Below, one piece after another: positions 1-12,493 of a stretch of 64,000 nt of DNA. The DNA comes from Guillardia theta CCMP2712 (taxonomy: Eukaryota > Protista > Cryptophyta): NCBI RefSeq assembly GCF_000315625.1, contig NW_005434670.1, forward strand, positions 330,237 through 394,236. Reading direction: 5' to 3'. The translations under genes and the position numbers were made by a program. The stretch's first letter is position 1, and each line of letters starts with the position of its first letter. Under the pieces are notes generated by a model. The model saw only the letters and a program-made list of their open reading frames with translations. It was not told where the DNA came from and did no database searches.

Positions 1-2623
1 CTGATCCCTACGAAGCTCGTGTCCCTCCCGTACACCTCGTGCACGGGCAAGATCACCACCAGCCGTCCCTTCCCGTCCCCCTCCTCTCCCGCTTGGAACC
101 AGCGCTGCTGCAGACAGTACGCCCTCAGCTCCCGCTTCTCGCTCCCTGACAGCCCTGATACCCGCTCGCACAGAAGCTCCACCGACCCTCCGTTCCCCGA
201 CAGAGCCGCAGTCATCACCCCTTGCAACGACGCGCTCTGTACGTACCCCCGTACAGCATCTGGTCGACTGATGTACTCCCGGTCAAGCATCCGGCACCCC
301 AGCTTCGACAGAAGGTGCTTCATCCCCTCCCCCATCGTGCTCGCCCCGTCCACCACCCTGCAGTCCTTGCTCGACACCCGGCAAAGGCTCTCCTCTTGCG
401 TAGGGATGAGCGGCCAGTCGCCAAAGCTCCCCAGCACCTCCTCGTCCCTCGCGTAGCTCCAGAACGCCTTCAGCCAAGCCTTGGTCGGCTGTCCGTCCTC
501 TCCTGCCCGCCATCGCACCTCCTCCAGCCCCCGCCACCCGTCCGGCAGCACCCGCTCTAAGCACGCGCTGACCAGTCCAGGCGTCAGGACCTTGACGTTG
601 GTGTAAGCTCCCATCGCCTCGCTCCTCATGTGCGCCAGGATCTCCTCCGGCGCTACGGGATCTACAAGCGATGCCTTCATCGAGTGCAGCAGGGCTACCT
701 CCTCGGCGGTTCCGACGAAGATGGGCTTATCCTTGGAGCTTCCTAGTCTGGTGCAGCGACCATCAGCAGTTGGAATCAGTGGAATTCCTACCAAGGACTT
801 GTAAATAGACGAATCATTGGTATGTTTGGATATCGTAATGTCCGACAGGCAATAGGTTAAAACCTCTAAAACTTGCGGAGAAGGCCAAAAAGTCTTTTCA
901 GACCCAATGAAGACTTCCCTTGTCCAACGAGGGTTCACAGAAAAAAGTGGAGCGTTTATCGTGGAAAAGCCGTTCATGATATCTGACGGAACATTCTCAA
1001 CCACGTTCTCCTTTTCTGCCAATAAAGCTTCAGAGACTGCTTCCCGATATTGACAGTTTTCAGAAAGACAGCGAGCTTCCATTGGGGTAACCCATTTGCC
1101 TCCTCCTACACGGCTGTACAATACCGCATGCACAGCACACTCCCCGTACACCCTCCGCGATAGCGACGCCCACGGCTCTCCAACCTGCGTGCTCGGCCAC
1201 ATGCTGTAGTAGCTCTCCAAGCTCTCGCCCTTCACCCTCCCCGTCAAGTGCAGAAGCAACCGCGCATACGTTGGCGCAATCACGTCCTCCACCAACGCCG
1301 TGTTCCAGTCCGCGCGGATCTTCCCCTCCCCTGTCATGTCGTCTCCTCGCCAGATGTCCCTGCGGTTAGACGAGAGCTCGAAGTACCCATTCACGTGCAG
1401 CGGCAGGTCGGTTTCGGCAGGGAGGGGGAGGAAGCAGAACGCCTTGCCCTTGACCTTGATCATGCCAGAGCCATCTCTGGAGATGAGGGCAGCTACACCG
1501 CCCCAAGGAACAAGCTTCATCTTGATGCATGCTGGATCACTCGCCATTTTCCCTACTTTGGTCCTACTGCTTGTGCAAGACGAACATACGAGCCAGGTTT
1601 CCGATTTTTGAGTTGCCCTCAGAGCGTTCTTACTCAGAATCTTGACCAGGTAATCGGATGCCACATCGCTGTATTCCAAAGAACCAGACTTGAATTTTGC
1701 CCTTGATGAGATGACTGATTGTGCTATTGCTCTCCTGCCCTGCCTGAGCTTTTCATCCATGTTGTCTATACACACCTTCCAGAGTGTAGCAGGTTCTTTG
1801 GCATCAGCAGGGTAATGCAGACATTCAATCGAGTGGACGCTTTTCAAAAACAGCAACGTGTGTGCACAGTCCTCGTAAAATTCCTCAAGGACAAGTCTGA
1901 GCTCACTCGGGCTGCAATGATGACTTGATAGCCGACTATGGCTAGCCTGCTCCGAAGTTCGCAAAGGGAGCCTAAAGAGTGTCCCATTGAAGGCTTTGTC
2001 AGATCGAGCTCCAAAATTAAAGTAAGGAGCTATCTGATCGGGGTAGTTTCGTTGAATCTCTTCTGACAGAAAGTTGATCCTTTTACCTGGATTTGCCGGG
2101 TTCACGTTGGGTAGATATTTCGCTTGGGGATCAAACATCACAATCGACGACCTTGACAGGAATGTAGGAAGCTCAGTCAAGTGGTAACATGAGTTGAAGC
2201 CTATGCCAAACCGCCCCCTGCAATCATATCAGAAAGAATGCATTTGGAGGGTTATCAAAAGCACGTTTTGGTTGGATGAGCTTGTTTCGACGACTGACCA
2301 ATCCTCTGGATACTGTCGAAGTCTTCATCGGAGAAGACAGCATCATTGTAAACGAGTAGAGATGATTGTTGAAACTGTCCAAGTTTCGGATCTGCCAGAG
2401 AGCTAGAGGGGAAGCTCCGTTCATCCAGACAGATCTTGATTTGCTGAGCTCCGGCATCGTCGGCATTCTGTATGAACTCTTTGAGGATTGTTGCTCCAGG
2501 TGGATAGTTCACCAGGATCTCTCTTATTCGTCCTGTTAAGTCCACTTGCTGCCCAAAGTCTTCGCCAAACCCCCATCCTCCGTCTCCTCGCTCCCGTCCT
2601 GCAACCCCCACAGCTCCCGCCAT
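1..2623 (-). CDS. Sacsin-like protein, N-terminal part (HSP90-like sacsin repeat region); runs off the window start
   Basis: FGQQVDLTGRIREILVNYPPGATILKEFIQNADDAGA...LLVYNDAVFSDEDFDSIQRIG, then after a short intron GRFGIGFNSCYHLTELP...MFDP...GTLFRLPLRT and later GKAFCFLPLP...TDLPLHVNGYFELSSNRRDIW. These are hallmark sacsin SRR motifs. Confidence 0.9.
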
Positions 2624-3388
2624 TTCCCCGAAACAGCTTCACTACTGCCGTCACCTGCAAACAACGTGACTGGCCCGCCTCAGAAGATAAGCGCTCCGGC
2701 CCGGGCCGTCCCGGCCGACTGTACTCACGGAGTACTAGTTTTGAAGTCCTTGAGCACCTTGGTCACGGTTGATTTGAAAGTTTCAGTGAGTTCATACCAA
2801 ATTTTATTACAAAATTTAAAATATAACTGAAACAACTTACAAAATAAATGACAAATTAGTTGTGGTTTTCATACCCTCACGGCAAACTCGGTCAGCACGT
2901 GCGTTCTGGGGTGGGCAGTGAGGAGGAGGGGGTGTTTGCCCTAGGAACGAGGGGTGTGAGGATCTGAATTGTGAGGGGTGGTTGGAGGATCATGCGGCGA
3001 CGAGATGGAATGAAAGAAATCAGCAGTGCGAGAGAGGTTTGAGGGAAGAGGTTTAGAGGTAGATCATGGCATGGTCAAGTACAATGTAGCAGAAACATCT
3101 GTACCTATTGTAGCATACAAGAACCATTCAAAGTTAGATCGATCTGCAAGGAAATGTTCGCTAGAATCTTTCTGCGACATCCGGTTGCGTGCAGAGTCTA
3201 GCATGTTTTAACGGGGGGCCAAGGATTCGGCTCTTGCTAGATGTTGCTAAGTTCAAAGAAGATCATGCTTGTGCATTCTTTTTCCTGTTGTGTCTCTGTC
3301 TCCAAACATACTGAACAACCGCTGCTGTTATTACAGAACGGAGTCAGCCAAGGAGTTTGCATCAAACTTTCGTGAACCTATATAAGTC

Positions 3389-4113
3389 ATGGTCTGGCGT
3401 GGGGGAGGCGATCAGCGTGGTGGAAGAGGAGGAGGGCGTGGAGGAGGGCGTGGAGGAGGGCGTGGGGGCTTTGGTGGAAGCCGAGGCATGGATGAGGGTC
3501 CACCAGACACTGTCATTGGTAATTTTGCCATCAAGTTTGACGCTTGTCCCTTACCTTCATGTTATTTTAGAGGCCGGAAAGTATGTCCATGACTGTGAAG
3601 GAGAGATGGTCATCGATGCCAGCCTCGAGAAGGTTATTTCCGAAACACATGCCCCCGTCGCCGTACTGATGTCTGTTTTCAGGTTCCCTACTTCAATGCT
3701 CCGATCTACCTCGAGAACAAGACCCAGATCGGGAAGGTAGAAGAGATCATGGGACCTATCCACAAGTACATGTTCTCTGTCAAGACAGTTGAGGGTGTCG
3801 TGGCGTCTTCATTCAAGGCCGGTGACAAGGTGTACATCAACCCTCAAAAGCTCTTGCCGCTGGAAAGATTCACTCAACCGAATCAGCCTCGTGGAGGAGG
3901 AGGAGCAAGGTAACAATCGTGTACTGCTTTTCCTCATTTCTCAAGTTGTCTTTCAGGGGCGGCAGAGGTGCGCCAAGAGGCCGCGGAGGAGGTGGGACTC
4001 CTCGGGGTCGTGGAGGCGGAGGATTCCGTGGACGTGGATCTCCTGGAGGCCGTGGAAGTCCAGGAGGACGTGGCCGTGGGGGATTCGGTCGTGGAAGGGG
4101 AAGAGGTGGATAG
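3389..4113 (+). CDS. GAR1: H/ACA snoRNP protein GAR1 (3 introns)
   Basis: RGG-rich N- and C-termini flank the core [23 protein letters not shown]...[25 protein letters not shown]...[20 protein letters not shown]. Confidence 0.95.
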
Positions 4114-4505
4114 ACTGGACTCGATGGTTTCAGTGTGTATCCTTTCTTTCTGGTTGGGGCCTTGCGCAATGGTCAGTGGAGAAGCTACATACCGCATATG
4201 TTCAATGATATCAGACGATGTTACGAACTCAGCATACACCAGTTTGTAAAGTAATCTATACTTTGAAGCTCTGACAATACCTGCAAAGTCATTTTATCCG
4301 TCAAGGCGTCACAGACTTGAAGTCAGATCAAATATTTTCTCAGAGCATTGCAGAGGCTTTAGTTAATTGTTGGCTTCCTTAACAATTCTAAGTCAGTTTG
4401 TCTGCCTCGTGAGTGTTTAACTTTTGAATAAAACTTGCAAAAAGCAAAGGAACAGCAAGACCCAGAGGAGCGAAGAAATGATGTACAGCCAGCCATCCTC
4501 GTAGG

Positions 4506-5180
4506 TCATGACGTGTTCCTCTTCTTACCAGAGATGAACACTATCAAACAAGAGTGTGAGATTTGCAAACCCAGGAGCGCGAAAATTTCCAGGCACAGGA
4601 TGAAGACTCGCATGCCAGGCTGAGCTGAAGGACAATACCAAACGAGGTAGACGTGCAAGGGACTGCTGAGGACGCTCAAGCAGGTGAAAGTTTGAGCGAT
4701 CAAGATCAAGCTTTCCTCTTTTTTCAGCGGCAACGAGCCGCCCGAGTACACTTTAAACCATGAACATATCAAAGAAATCAAACCCGAAACAAGAAGGGAG
4801 ACTAGTGACGCATCGTGAACGACGTCATTCCACCCGATATAGTTCCACCTTTGTTTGACAGGATCCAGAGCATCGCAGCTCATGGGCACAAAAGCAGCAG
4901 TCAAGAGCGACACACATGCAATGAATGTCGATGCTTTCCATAACCAACTGCCTTCTGCGTTTATCCAAGATATCAAATTTGCAACTCCTGTCAGGAGCAG
5001 GATCAGTTTGATCAGGGTAGCATCATGGTTTGTGGATAGGAATCCTTTGCCCTCGCACCATACTGAGGATATGACGCATCCTCTCCAAGTTTCGTGCTGG
5101 ATCAGGTGAGACGTGCACAGCAACATGGCCAACAGAACGAGAGCGCATGCGCAACATGCGCTTGTTGCCTCCACCCGCAT
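4506..5180 (-). CDS. Hypothetical multi-pass membrane protein (possibly a short extra 3' exon toward ~4418)
   Basis: 224 aa ATG ORF with about 5-6 hydrophobic segments. No family recognised. Confidence 0.55.
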   Translation of the reverse strand: MRVEATSACCACALVLLAMLLCTSHLIQHETWRGCVISSVWCEGKGFLSTNHDATLIKLILLLTGVANLISWINAEGSWLWKASTFIACVSLLTAAFVPMSCDALDPVKQRWNYIGWNDVVHDASLVSLLVSGLISLICSWFKVYSGGSLPLKKEESLILIAQTFTCLSVLSSPLHVYLVWYCPSAQPGMRVFILCLEIFALLGLQISHSCLIVFISGKKRNTS

Positions 5181-5466
5181 GGCGGGAACACCAGAAGTTT
5201 AAAAGTTTCCGCAGAAATTTTGATTCAAACCTTGAAACTTTGAAAGTTGTAGAATCTTACCCTTCGCTATGGGCTGCTACAAACTGAAGTGCAGCGCAAG
5301 CGACAGGCGGAAGAAGAAGAGAGTGGGGGGTGAAGAGAGCGTGAAGGAGGATGTAGCTAGTGGATAAGACGGTGATGGCTGTAGCAGATCAGAGCAACAG
5401 CATCAGTCAAGGGCGGGGGGGGGCTGAGCGAGGAGGGCCCGGATAAGACCCCCCGAGAGGGAGGCC

Positions 5467-8400
5467 ATGCAGACACGAATGAGCAGCTTCAGGAGGGACG
5501 CGATCACAAAAGAGCTCTTCCTGCTCCTTCTCTTCGCAGGATTCGTCATGGTGGCGAACTCTGAATGCAGCAGAGGAAGCATGGGCGTCCTGGTGGAAAG
5601 TCTCTACTCTGGCGAGTTCGGCCAGTCGGCAAAAGGTGGAGGATACGGCAGACCCCCCACCCTCGTTGCGACGTCTAGGGCGCTGTTCTTGGCAAGCCTG
5701 TATGGCCTCCTGCCGCGCATAAACCAAGAGAAGGCGGCTGAGTTCGTGATGGCGGCCACTGGTTGGAACCAGCGCAGTGCTGGGCACGAGGAAACAGACG
5801 AGGGGGCAAGACCAGTCGCAGGAAGCCTTGAAAAGGTAGAGGATTTCTATGCTGCCATCCTCTGCTTTCAGTACCTTAACATCCCCTTGCCCGAGCTGGC
5901 TGAGTTGTCCTCGTACTTTCGAAGCATGTGGGATGAGAAGAGCAGCCTCTTCGGGCCCTCGCCGGGACAGCCAGGGGACGTAAAGTCTTCTGCGCTGCTC
6001 ATGTTGGCTGCCGAGCAGTTCGGGAAGCTGCATGACCTGCAAGCTGAAGCATCGAGAATCCGGCAGATGCTCAACAACTCCATGGACGCTTCAGGCTCCT
6101 GGTTCAGCCTTCCCAAGGAGCATGTGGGAGGGTCAAACGTGATCACAGCCAACTACTATGCCGTCCTGCTAGCAAGGAAGTGTGCGTTCGAGTTTCAGAA
6201 CGCAACTGCCATGGCCAACGCTATCGTGAGTTTCCAGCAGCTGGACAAGTCGTTGCCCAAGTACGGAGGGTTCTACGGCGACCCGTCCAAGAGTTTCATC
6301 TCGCTGGAGACAACGGTCTACGGGGTTGCGACCCTTCAATTGCTCTCCATGCAGTCTGCTCAGCATCAGAGCGGCTCGCAGACAAATCAGACTTCAGACG
6401 GCAACTCCTCCGATTACTCCGAACGAGCAAGTAGAGACGTGGGTGCTATCTTGGCCAGGAGTTTGGACCTCAACGCACTCGTCTGCTTTCTGGGCAAGGC
6501 ACCCACGGACCTCAAGAGCGCCTTCTTGGTTCACCTGGCCCTCTCTTCAGTCCCTTCCCTCCTCCTTCACTCCTTTCAGACCGCCATCTCTTACGAGTTC
6601 GAGTGCTCTGACAAGCAGCTGCAGCAGACGCTGACTGGGAATGTCCTCCAGGCTGACGCGCTGTCGGCTTGCCCCTTGTCAGAGATGATGTGGTCAGTAC
6701 GGGCAGGGAGCAATCAGATCGTTCAAGGGACTTCCATCCGCCCGGAGTTGGCTGTCTCCACCTTCCGCGGGCTGCCTCACAGTGGGCTGCAAGTGAGATT
6801 GAGTGCTTCATACTTCGGTGGACACAAGGGGGCGACGCAAGTCAAGCTGCTCCAAGACGTTGACATGCCATGGAATGTTGAAACTCAGAGCTACATCGCA
6901 AGGTGAAACTCCCATGTTGCCTCATACCCCGTCCTCAAGATGTCTCTTGCAGTGAACTCGTGCAAACATCGGATTTTGTGGGAAAGTTGAAGATAGAAAT
7001 CACGGCAAAAAGCGAAGTTCCTGGCTTGGGTCAAATTTCATTCAGCGTAGAAGACACGAAACTTGTATTCGGGTGACGATCGCGCGAGTCTTTGCTGACA
7101 CTCCTGCTTTCAGATCGGGTATGGCCTCAGCATCTCCTCGCAAGCAATGGCAGACGGAAAACAAGTTCCGGTCGGTGGAGATGTGAAGTTAGGGAGCAAC
7201 TTCAGCGTCGGGCTGGTGATGTTCAATGCAATCAACGGCAACTTCCTGCAAGGGAACTTTCTCATTAAGTTTCGCGTGCTCGATGCCTCCCTTCTCACCA
7301 TGGGCATCCAGTGGTTGAACGGTGTACTCGACCTGCCGCTCCTCGTCACTGACAGCACGTGCAGGAACCAAGAACGAGGATCCGATCCGATTCAACTACT
7401 CCTTGAGCAGCGAGGCTCTGCTTCCCTCTGGGAGGCTCCACTTTATCATTGAGATCGTCGACCCTGAGAGCGGCCAGGTGTTCTATAAAGTCGGGGAAGG
7501 AGACGGTAACGGTAAACTCGCAGGTCCATACCAACACTATGCTGTGGTACAACCTGAAGCAGCAGATGGTGGCAAGCAACATCACAATCGACAAGAGGAA
7601 CGCGTCTCTGGGCGACACAGTCACCGTCGAGATGATCCCAGGGATCATGACAGAAGATAATCACTTCCGTCCGTTCACTTCCCGAACAGCAAAGCACAGG
7701 AAGTTTGTCATGGAGCTCATCTCTCCAACTGAAGATGTTGGGCGCCGCATCGAAGGCGTGCTGTCCTCAGGAGAAAACATCTCCAAGTACACCTTTGTCC
7801 GTAAGGTTGAAACCAACCTCAGGTCGCTGGGGGAGTACAGTGTGACCTTCCGATTTCTCTCGGCCCATCATGCCGGCACTCCGCAGATGCTGAGGAATTT
7901 TTGTGGCTCTGCAGCAGCCGATGAAAACATGTCGGAGGCGATCTGCGAGCATTTGAAGTTCAACGTGTCGGCCAACCTGCGGGTTGAGATGATCAAGAGC
8001 AACCCTGTTGCCGGGGGCACCATCACCTTCGGATCGGAGCTTCTGTTCGCCTTCAAAGTGATCGAGACTTCCACTCAGGTTGAGGTGCAGGCGAGTGGTG
8101 AAGACGCAGCTCGGGTGCTTCTGTACATCTTTGACTTCTCCGGGGAAATCTGCCAGCATCGCATCATTGCAGGCTCGAGCAGCGTTGAGCGAGAACGAGT
8201 CCCCTTGCCTGCTACCAACGCTTCGGAGGAACACTCGGCAAACTTGAACTCGTCGGGAGTGCAACGAAGCAACGGAGAGTTCGTCGTGCGATGGACTGTG
8301 GGGCCCAACACGGTGTTCGGGAAGCTGATCCTGAGACTCAAGATGCAGGTCAGTGTCTTGTTCTCACTCGCTCCATCATGAATGAATGACTAGGTGGTGG

Positions 8401-10025
8401 ATGGAGTTGATCAAGACCTGTTGAGCGCGGAGACTGAAGAAGCTTGGAAGTACGAGGTTCATGTCGGGGGGGAAGTGCATGGAACGATCCTCTCTGTCTA
8501 CACTAGGCAGATCATATCCACCCTCGATCCGATCTCTGACAACCTGCAGTGCAGTCAGCTCACCCTGAGCCTGCAACAAGATGCGTTTATGTACGCGATC
8601 AGGCTTTACTTGTCGTACTTGGGTGTTGAGTTCAAATACGCTCAGAGTATTCAGGATCACTCCAACAAATTCTTGGCTCGCATGTCTCCAATTAATGTAC
8701 CGATCATCGAAAGCATTCGCGTGCAAGTCGCAAACATGCCAGCGAATGCTTCGACTCTGTTGAGTTTTTTCAAGTCGAGCTCTTCGCCAGTCGTAGTGGA
8801 TTGGGTTTTACATCGAGGCAGCCTGCTAGCTGCATCTCTGCAGGAAGCTTTTTGCCGGCTACTACAACGTATCCAGATCTGGTGGAAGACCTTCAAAGAG
8901 CGTGTGGCCAGCGAGCGATGGGCGTTGTTTGTCATCAACTTTCACCTGGAAAGTGAAGGAAAGAATTTCACTGGTGCCACATTACTCGCAGATTTGAAGG
9001 TGAACAACGCAGTATCTTGCTTTCAATGATCTTTGCAGCAGTACCGTCCTACTTTGCAAGCACAATGGAAGGGGATACAGGATTTTTCGGAAATCCCTGT
9101 GTTGTATGAGAATGATGGGAGGTATCAGGTGAGACTGTTTGAAATCTCTCCGACCTGTGCTTCGGTCTACACAGCAATCGAGTCCTCACCTTCAATGTGA
9201 ACAGGTCAGCTTCTCACTCCCCATCGAAGTCGTCCGGTGAGTCTCTGTTGCGACCCCTCGGACGGAACGTGACCTTGGCCTCGTGTCTCCCCGGCATCAG
9301 GAACGGACACTATCGCATCAACATCCGTCGGCTTGTGGACCTGCAGGCCGAGACGTTGCAGCTTGAAAGAGTGAGAAAGAAAAAGGATGACGCTGACCTC
9401 CTGGCCCTCCGCCGCGGCCTGCCAGTCATCGAGACGGACACCCGGCAGTCAGACCGGCCCAACGATCACGAGCAGGTGGATGACAAGGTCAACCCGATCT
9501 TTCACATCGTAAGATCTTACACTTGTCCTATCTTGCACTCAACCGGATGTGCAGGACGTCGTGTACGAAGAAAGTTCGATCTTCTACACGTTATTGACCA
9601 AAAGCCAGCGGCTGCATTTGGGTATACTGGTAACATCGTCGACATGTCCCTTGCCTAGTCTGATTCTCTTGTCGACAGTGTTTCATCTCGATCTACGTTC
9701 TCTGCTCCCTCCTCCTCCTCCGAGCCATCATGTCGATATTGAGCATCGCTTCCTTCAAAGGCTCTCCTAAAACCAGCCACAAGGTTGGAAAGCACAAGAA
9801 GAAGAACAGGTTCGCCTCTGCTCCTCCACTGCCTGTCGTTGACTTGAGGACGCAAGGGCGCGGAGAACTCTGAGCCCTCAAAACGAGATGATCACGGGAC
9901 CTGCTCCAATTGCAAACAATGAAGAAGATCTGCCCTCTTCAAATATGGAGGCGGGTTCTGAAGAGATGGACTTGAGTTTGCAAGGAGTCCAAGGTGAAGA
10001 TTTCTTTTATGCAAGCAACATGTAA
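5467..10025 (+). CDS. Large multi-exon secretory-pathway membrane protein: N-terminal helical region (ribophorin II-like, tentative), beta-rich middle, C-terminal TRAP-delta-like domain and TM helix
   Basis: Hydrophobic leader (ELFLLLLFAGFVMVA). Long co-oriented ORFs 5467-6906, 7449-8381, 8394-9029 and 9197-9658 are joined by short GT-AG introns. Spliced C-terminal sequence LFVINFHL...LLADL...NDGRYQ/VSFSLP...NGHYRINI...VNPIFHI is followed by a hydrophobic segment and a basic tail. Confidence 0.6.
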
Positions 10026-10065
10026 ATAAAGCACAAGTCTAGTCTATCAAGCATCATATGCATTC

Positions 10066-10743
10066 TCACAGGGCTGGATAAAGAGCATCATCTTTCCCAG
10101 CCTTTCTCTGCCTTTCCTCATATTTCCTCATGAACAGCTGGCGCTGACTGAGATCTGCGAGCTCCTCCTCCCTTGCGGACAATTTCATCCGCGCGACTCC
10201 AACTTCATCGAGTCCTTTGGCGTTGTCGTCGTTGTGAGTTTGAAGTCCTCTAGAGAAGTTATGTATCTGACGAATGTCGGCCTCATATATCCCTCCTTTG
10301 GTTCCGCTCATACTCCCTCTCTTCAAGCACAGCACCCAGTCAGCTGGTTTGTTTGCGGCAGTCTTGCCATCTGGACTATCTCTGCTGCGGCTGAGCTGAT
10401 AGATCTGACCGGCCTGTAAATGCCGTTTGATCCTCATCAGTTCGTGCTGCCTCTCATCGTCCAACCCGTAAGTCTTCTGCACCATGTCCTGGCTCTCGTT
10501 GGGGTAGAGATACTGGAAGGCCTTGCGGTTTCGTTGGTACTCTTGGCGGATCTTGTCGTAAGCTCTGTCCACGTCGATACCTGGTTTCAGCCCAAAGGAT
10601 TTCCTCTTCTTCTCGCTGCTGTTCTCAGAACTTGCCGAGACGTTCTGCATTGCAGGAGCTTGGAAATTGTGTATCGAAATGCGTTCCTGCTTTCGACGGG
10701 CTTCTCCGTTGCACATGTCACAGCAACTTGCACTGTTGCCCAT
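10066..10743 (-). CDS. Hypothetical protein with predicted N-myristoylation/palmitoylation (MGNSASCC)
   Basis: Single ORF of ~225 aa with an N-terminal MGxxxS plus CC motif. Confidence 0.65.
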   Translation of the reverse strand: MGNSASCCDMCNGEARRKQERISIHNFQAPAMQNVSASSENSSEKKRKSFGLKPGIDVDRAYDKIRQEYQRNRKAFQYLYPNESQDMVQKTYGLDDERQHELMRIKRHLQAGQIYQLSRSRDSPDGKTAANKPADWVLCLKRGSMSGTKGGIYEADIRQIHNFSRGLQTHNDDNAKGLDEVGVARMKLSAREEELADLSQRQLFMRKYEERQRKAGKDDALYPAL

Positions 10744-11999
10744 CTTCACTCGATCAAACGCGTGGAGGAGTCCTCGTCACTGTTGTAGAAGCAGGTTGTA
10801 GAGAGCTGATGATTGTTATGGATGACGCAACACCTTTGAGACTCCCACAGATAATATCCTGCGACCGTGCGATGTGACAACGAAGTAGAAGATGCGAAGC
10901 TAGGATGATGCCCAACGATCAATTCATTTCCCCATCCTCAGATTGCGTAAAACTGAATCTTCAAAGTCAGCACTGAGCAAGAAAAGGAAGCAAGAGAAAT
11001 AGGTGGGTACAAGAACTCGGAGCATGAAAGCGGCAAATCTCAGTCTAATTCTCAGGATTGCACTCTAACATCTTCATCTCATGAGCATGCAGGAGTTCCT
11101 TCAAACATGTTTCCGAAAGTTCTTTCTCTTATCACTTGCAGCGCCTCATCGCTCGCATGGCTGCCGCGCTCCCTTCTCCCCTCTATCCTCCCAACCATCG
11201 CACGGAAAGATCCGCATCTCCGACCTCAGTTGGTTCGCCCCCACCCCCACCCCCCACACAGCGAGCCTCGGAGGGCAATTTGCTGACACTACCCCCGATG
11301 CACTGGACCCCTACGGTGTTGCAATGATCGATTATTCAGTTTACCCCTCTCACAAGGGGTACAAAGAATTTAAGGGGGGTACCATAATTGCCGGCAGTTC
11401 GAGGTACCCCACCCTTCCCTCCTTCTACACTTTTCCGGACCTACTGGCCACCAACTTCTCCAACCCCCACCCCCCCCTCTAAAGGGATTTTCGGGGTACT
11501 GCAGGGCCGCAAGTCTTCCCAACAAGTTGACTACCTTGTGCCATCATCCGAGCCGCCAAGTTCCGTCGGCCACCCCCACCCCCACCCCCACAACTTTGGC
11601 AACATCAATCCCGAGAGGACCCACCCCCAGCTGCCTGAGGCAGGCTGTTGACTTCGAGGCTGATGACCCGGCAAAGGAGCCTTCTCAAGGCTTCCCCGGC
11701 ATGAGAGCAGGGTGGGTACCCTTACCCACCCCAGGAATCTCATTGCAGAACTCCGAAAACTTCACCTCCTTCCATGGCAAGTTCCTTGCGTCATGAAGTG
11801 TGAGAGTCCACCGTCCGTCCAAGCCGGACCACCCCCACTACCCCCATCGCTGTTGCCCGCGGCCACAGATCACGCTGTTCAAAGCCTGGCATCCCGGTCC
11901 GGGGGCCGCTCTCGGGTACGTTCTTGGTAGCGGCGGGCGTTGAAGGTTTATTTTTACTCAACTTGGCAACGCGTTCCGCCGGTCACCTGTACCGGCGGG

Positions 12000-12420
12000 T
12001 CTCCTGACTGTCCCCGTACTGATTTTTAACTTAACTGAGGAGCCGGGAGTCCGGGTCAAGCCTCCTCCGAGTCAGTCTACTCTCCTGCCATCCTGTCCTC
12101 GTACCGTAGTACTGATTTTTAATCAACTTTGAGTAAGCGGCCGGGCGTGCGGTCACCGTACTGGCCACGTGACCGGCAGGCTTACTCTTGAAAGCCGGCC
12201 CGGTGCCAGTAAACTCAGCCACGAGTGAAACCCTTTACTCAAAGTTAAGCCTTAAATGAAAGTTTATTACTCAAAGTTGAGTTAAACTTGAATCAGTACG
12301 GGCCACTCACGGTGACTTGAAAGTTGCCAAGATCCTGATCGGACGGAGACGCCGGGTCAGTGAGTGACTCTCGGGCCTGATTGTCCTCGTACTGATCTTT
12401 AACTTAACTTTGAGTAAAGA
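12000..12420. repeat. Cluster of decayed end-fragments of the 236 bp dispersed element (motif CGTACTGATTTTTAACTTAACTTTGAGTAAA), in both orientations
   Basis: Matches near 12015, 12108 and 12388 (+) and 12234-12300 (reverse) to the element end at 23118-23153. Confidence 0.8.
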
Positions 12421-12493
12421 TGTGCTGTCAGTGACGGACCGTCGATCGGACTGAGTTCGGAAGTTGGTTGGGAGGTTCTCCCGCCAAATTATC

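Noticed and set aside
19-1928. Plus-strand ORFs
   Set aside because: Antisense to the sacsin-like coding sequence.
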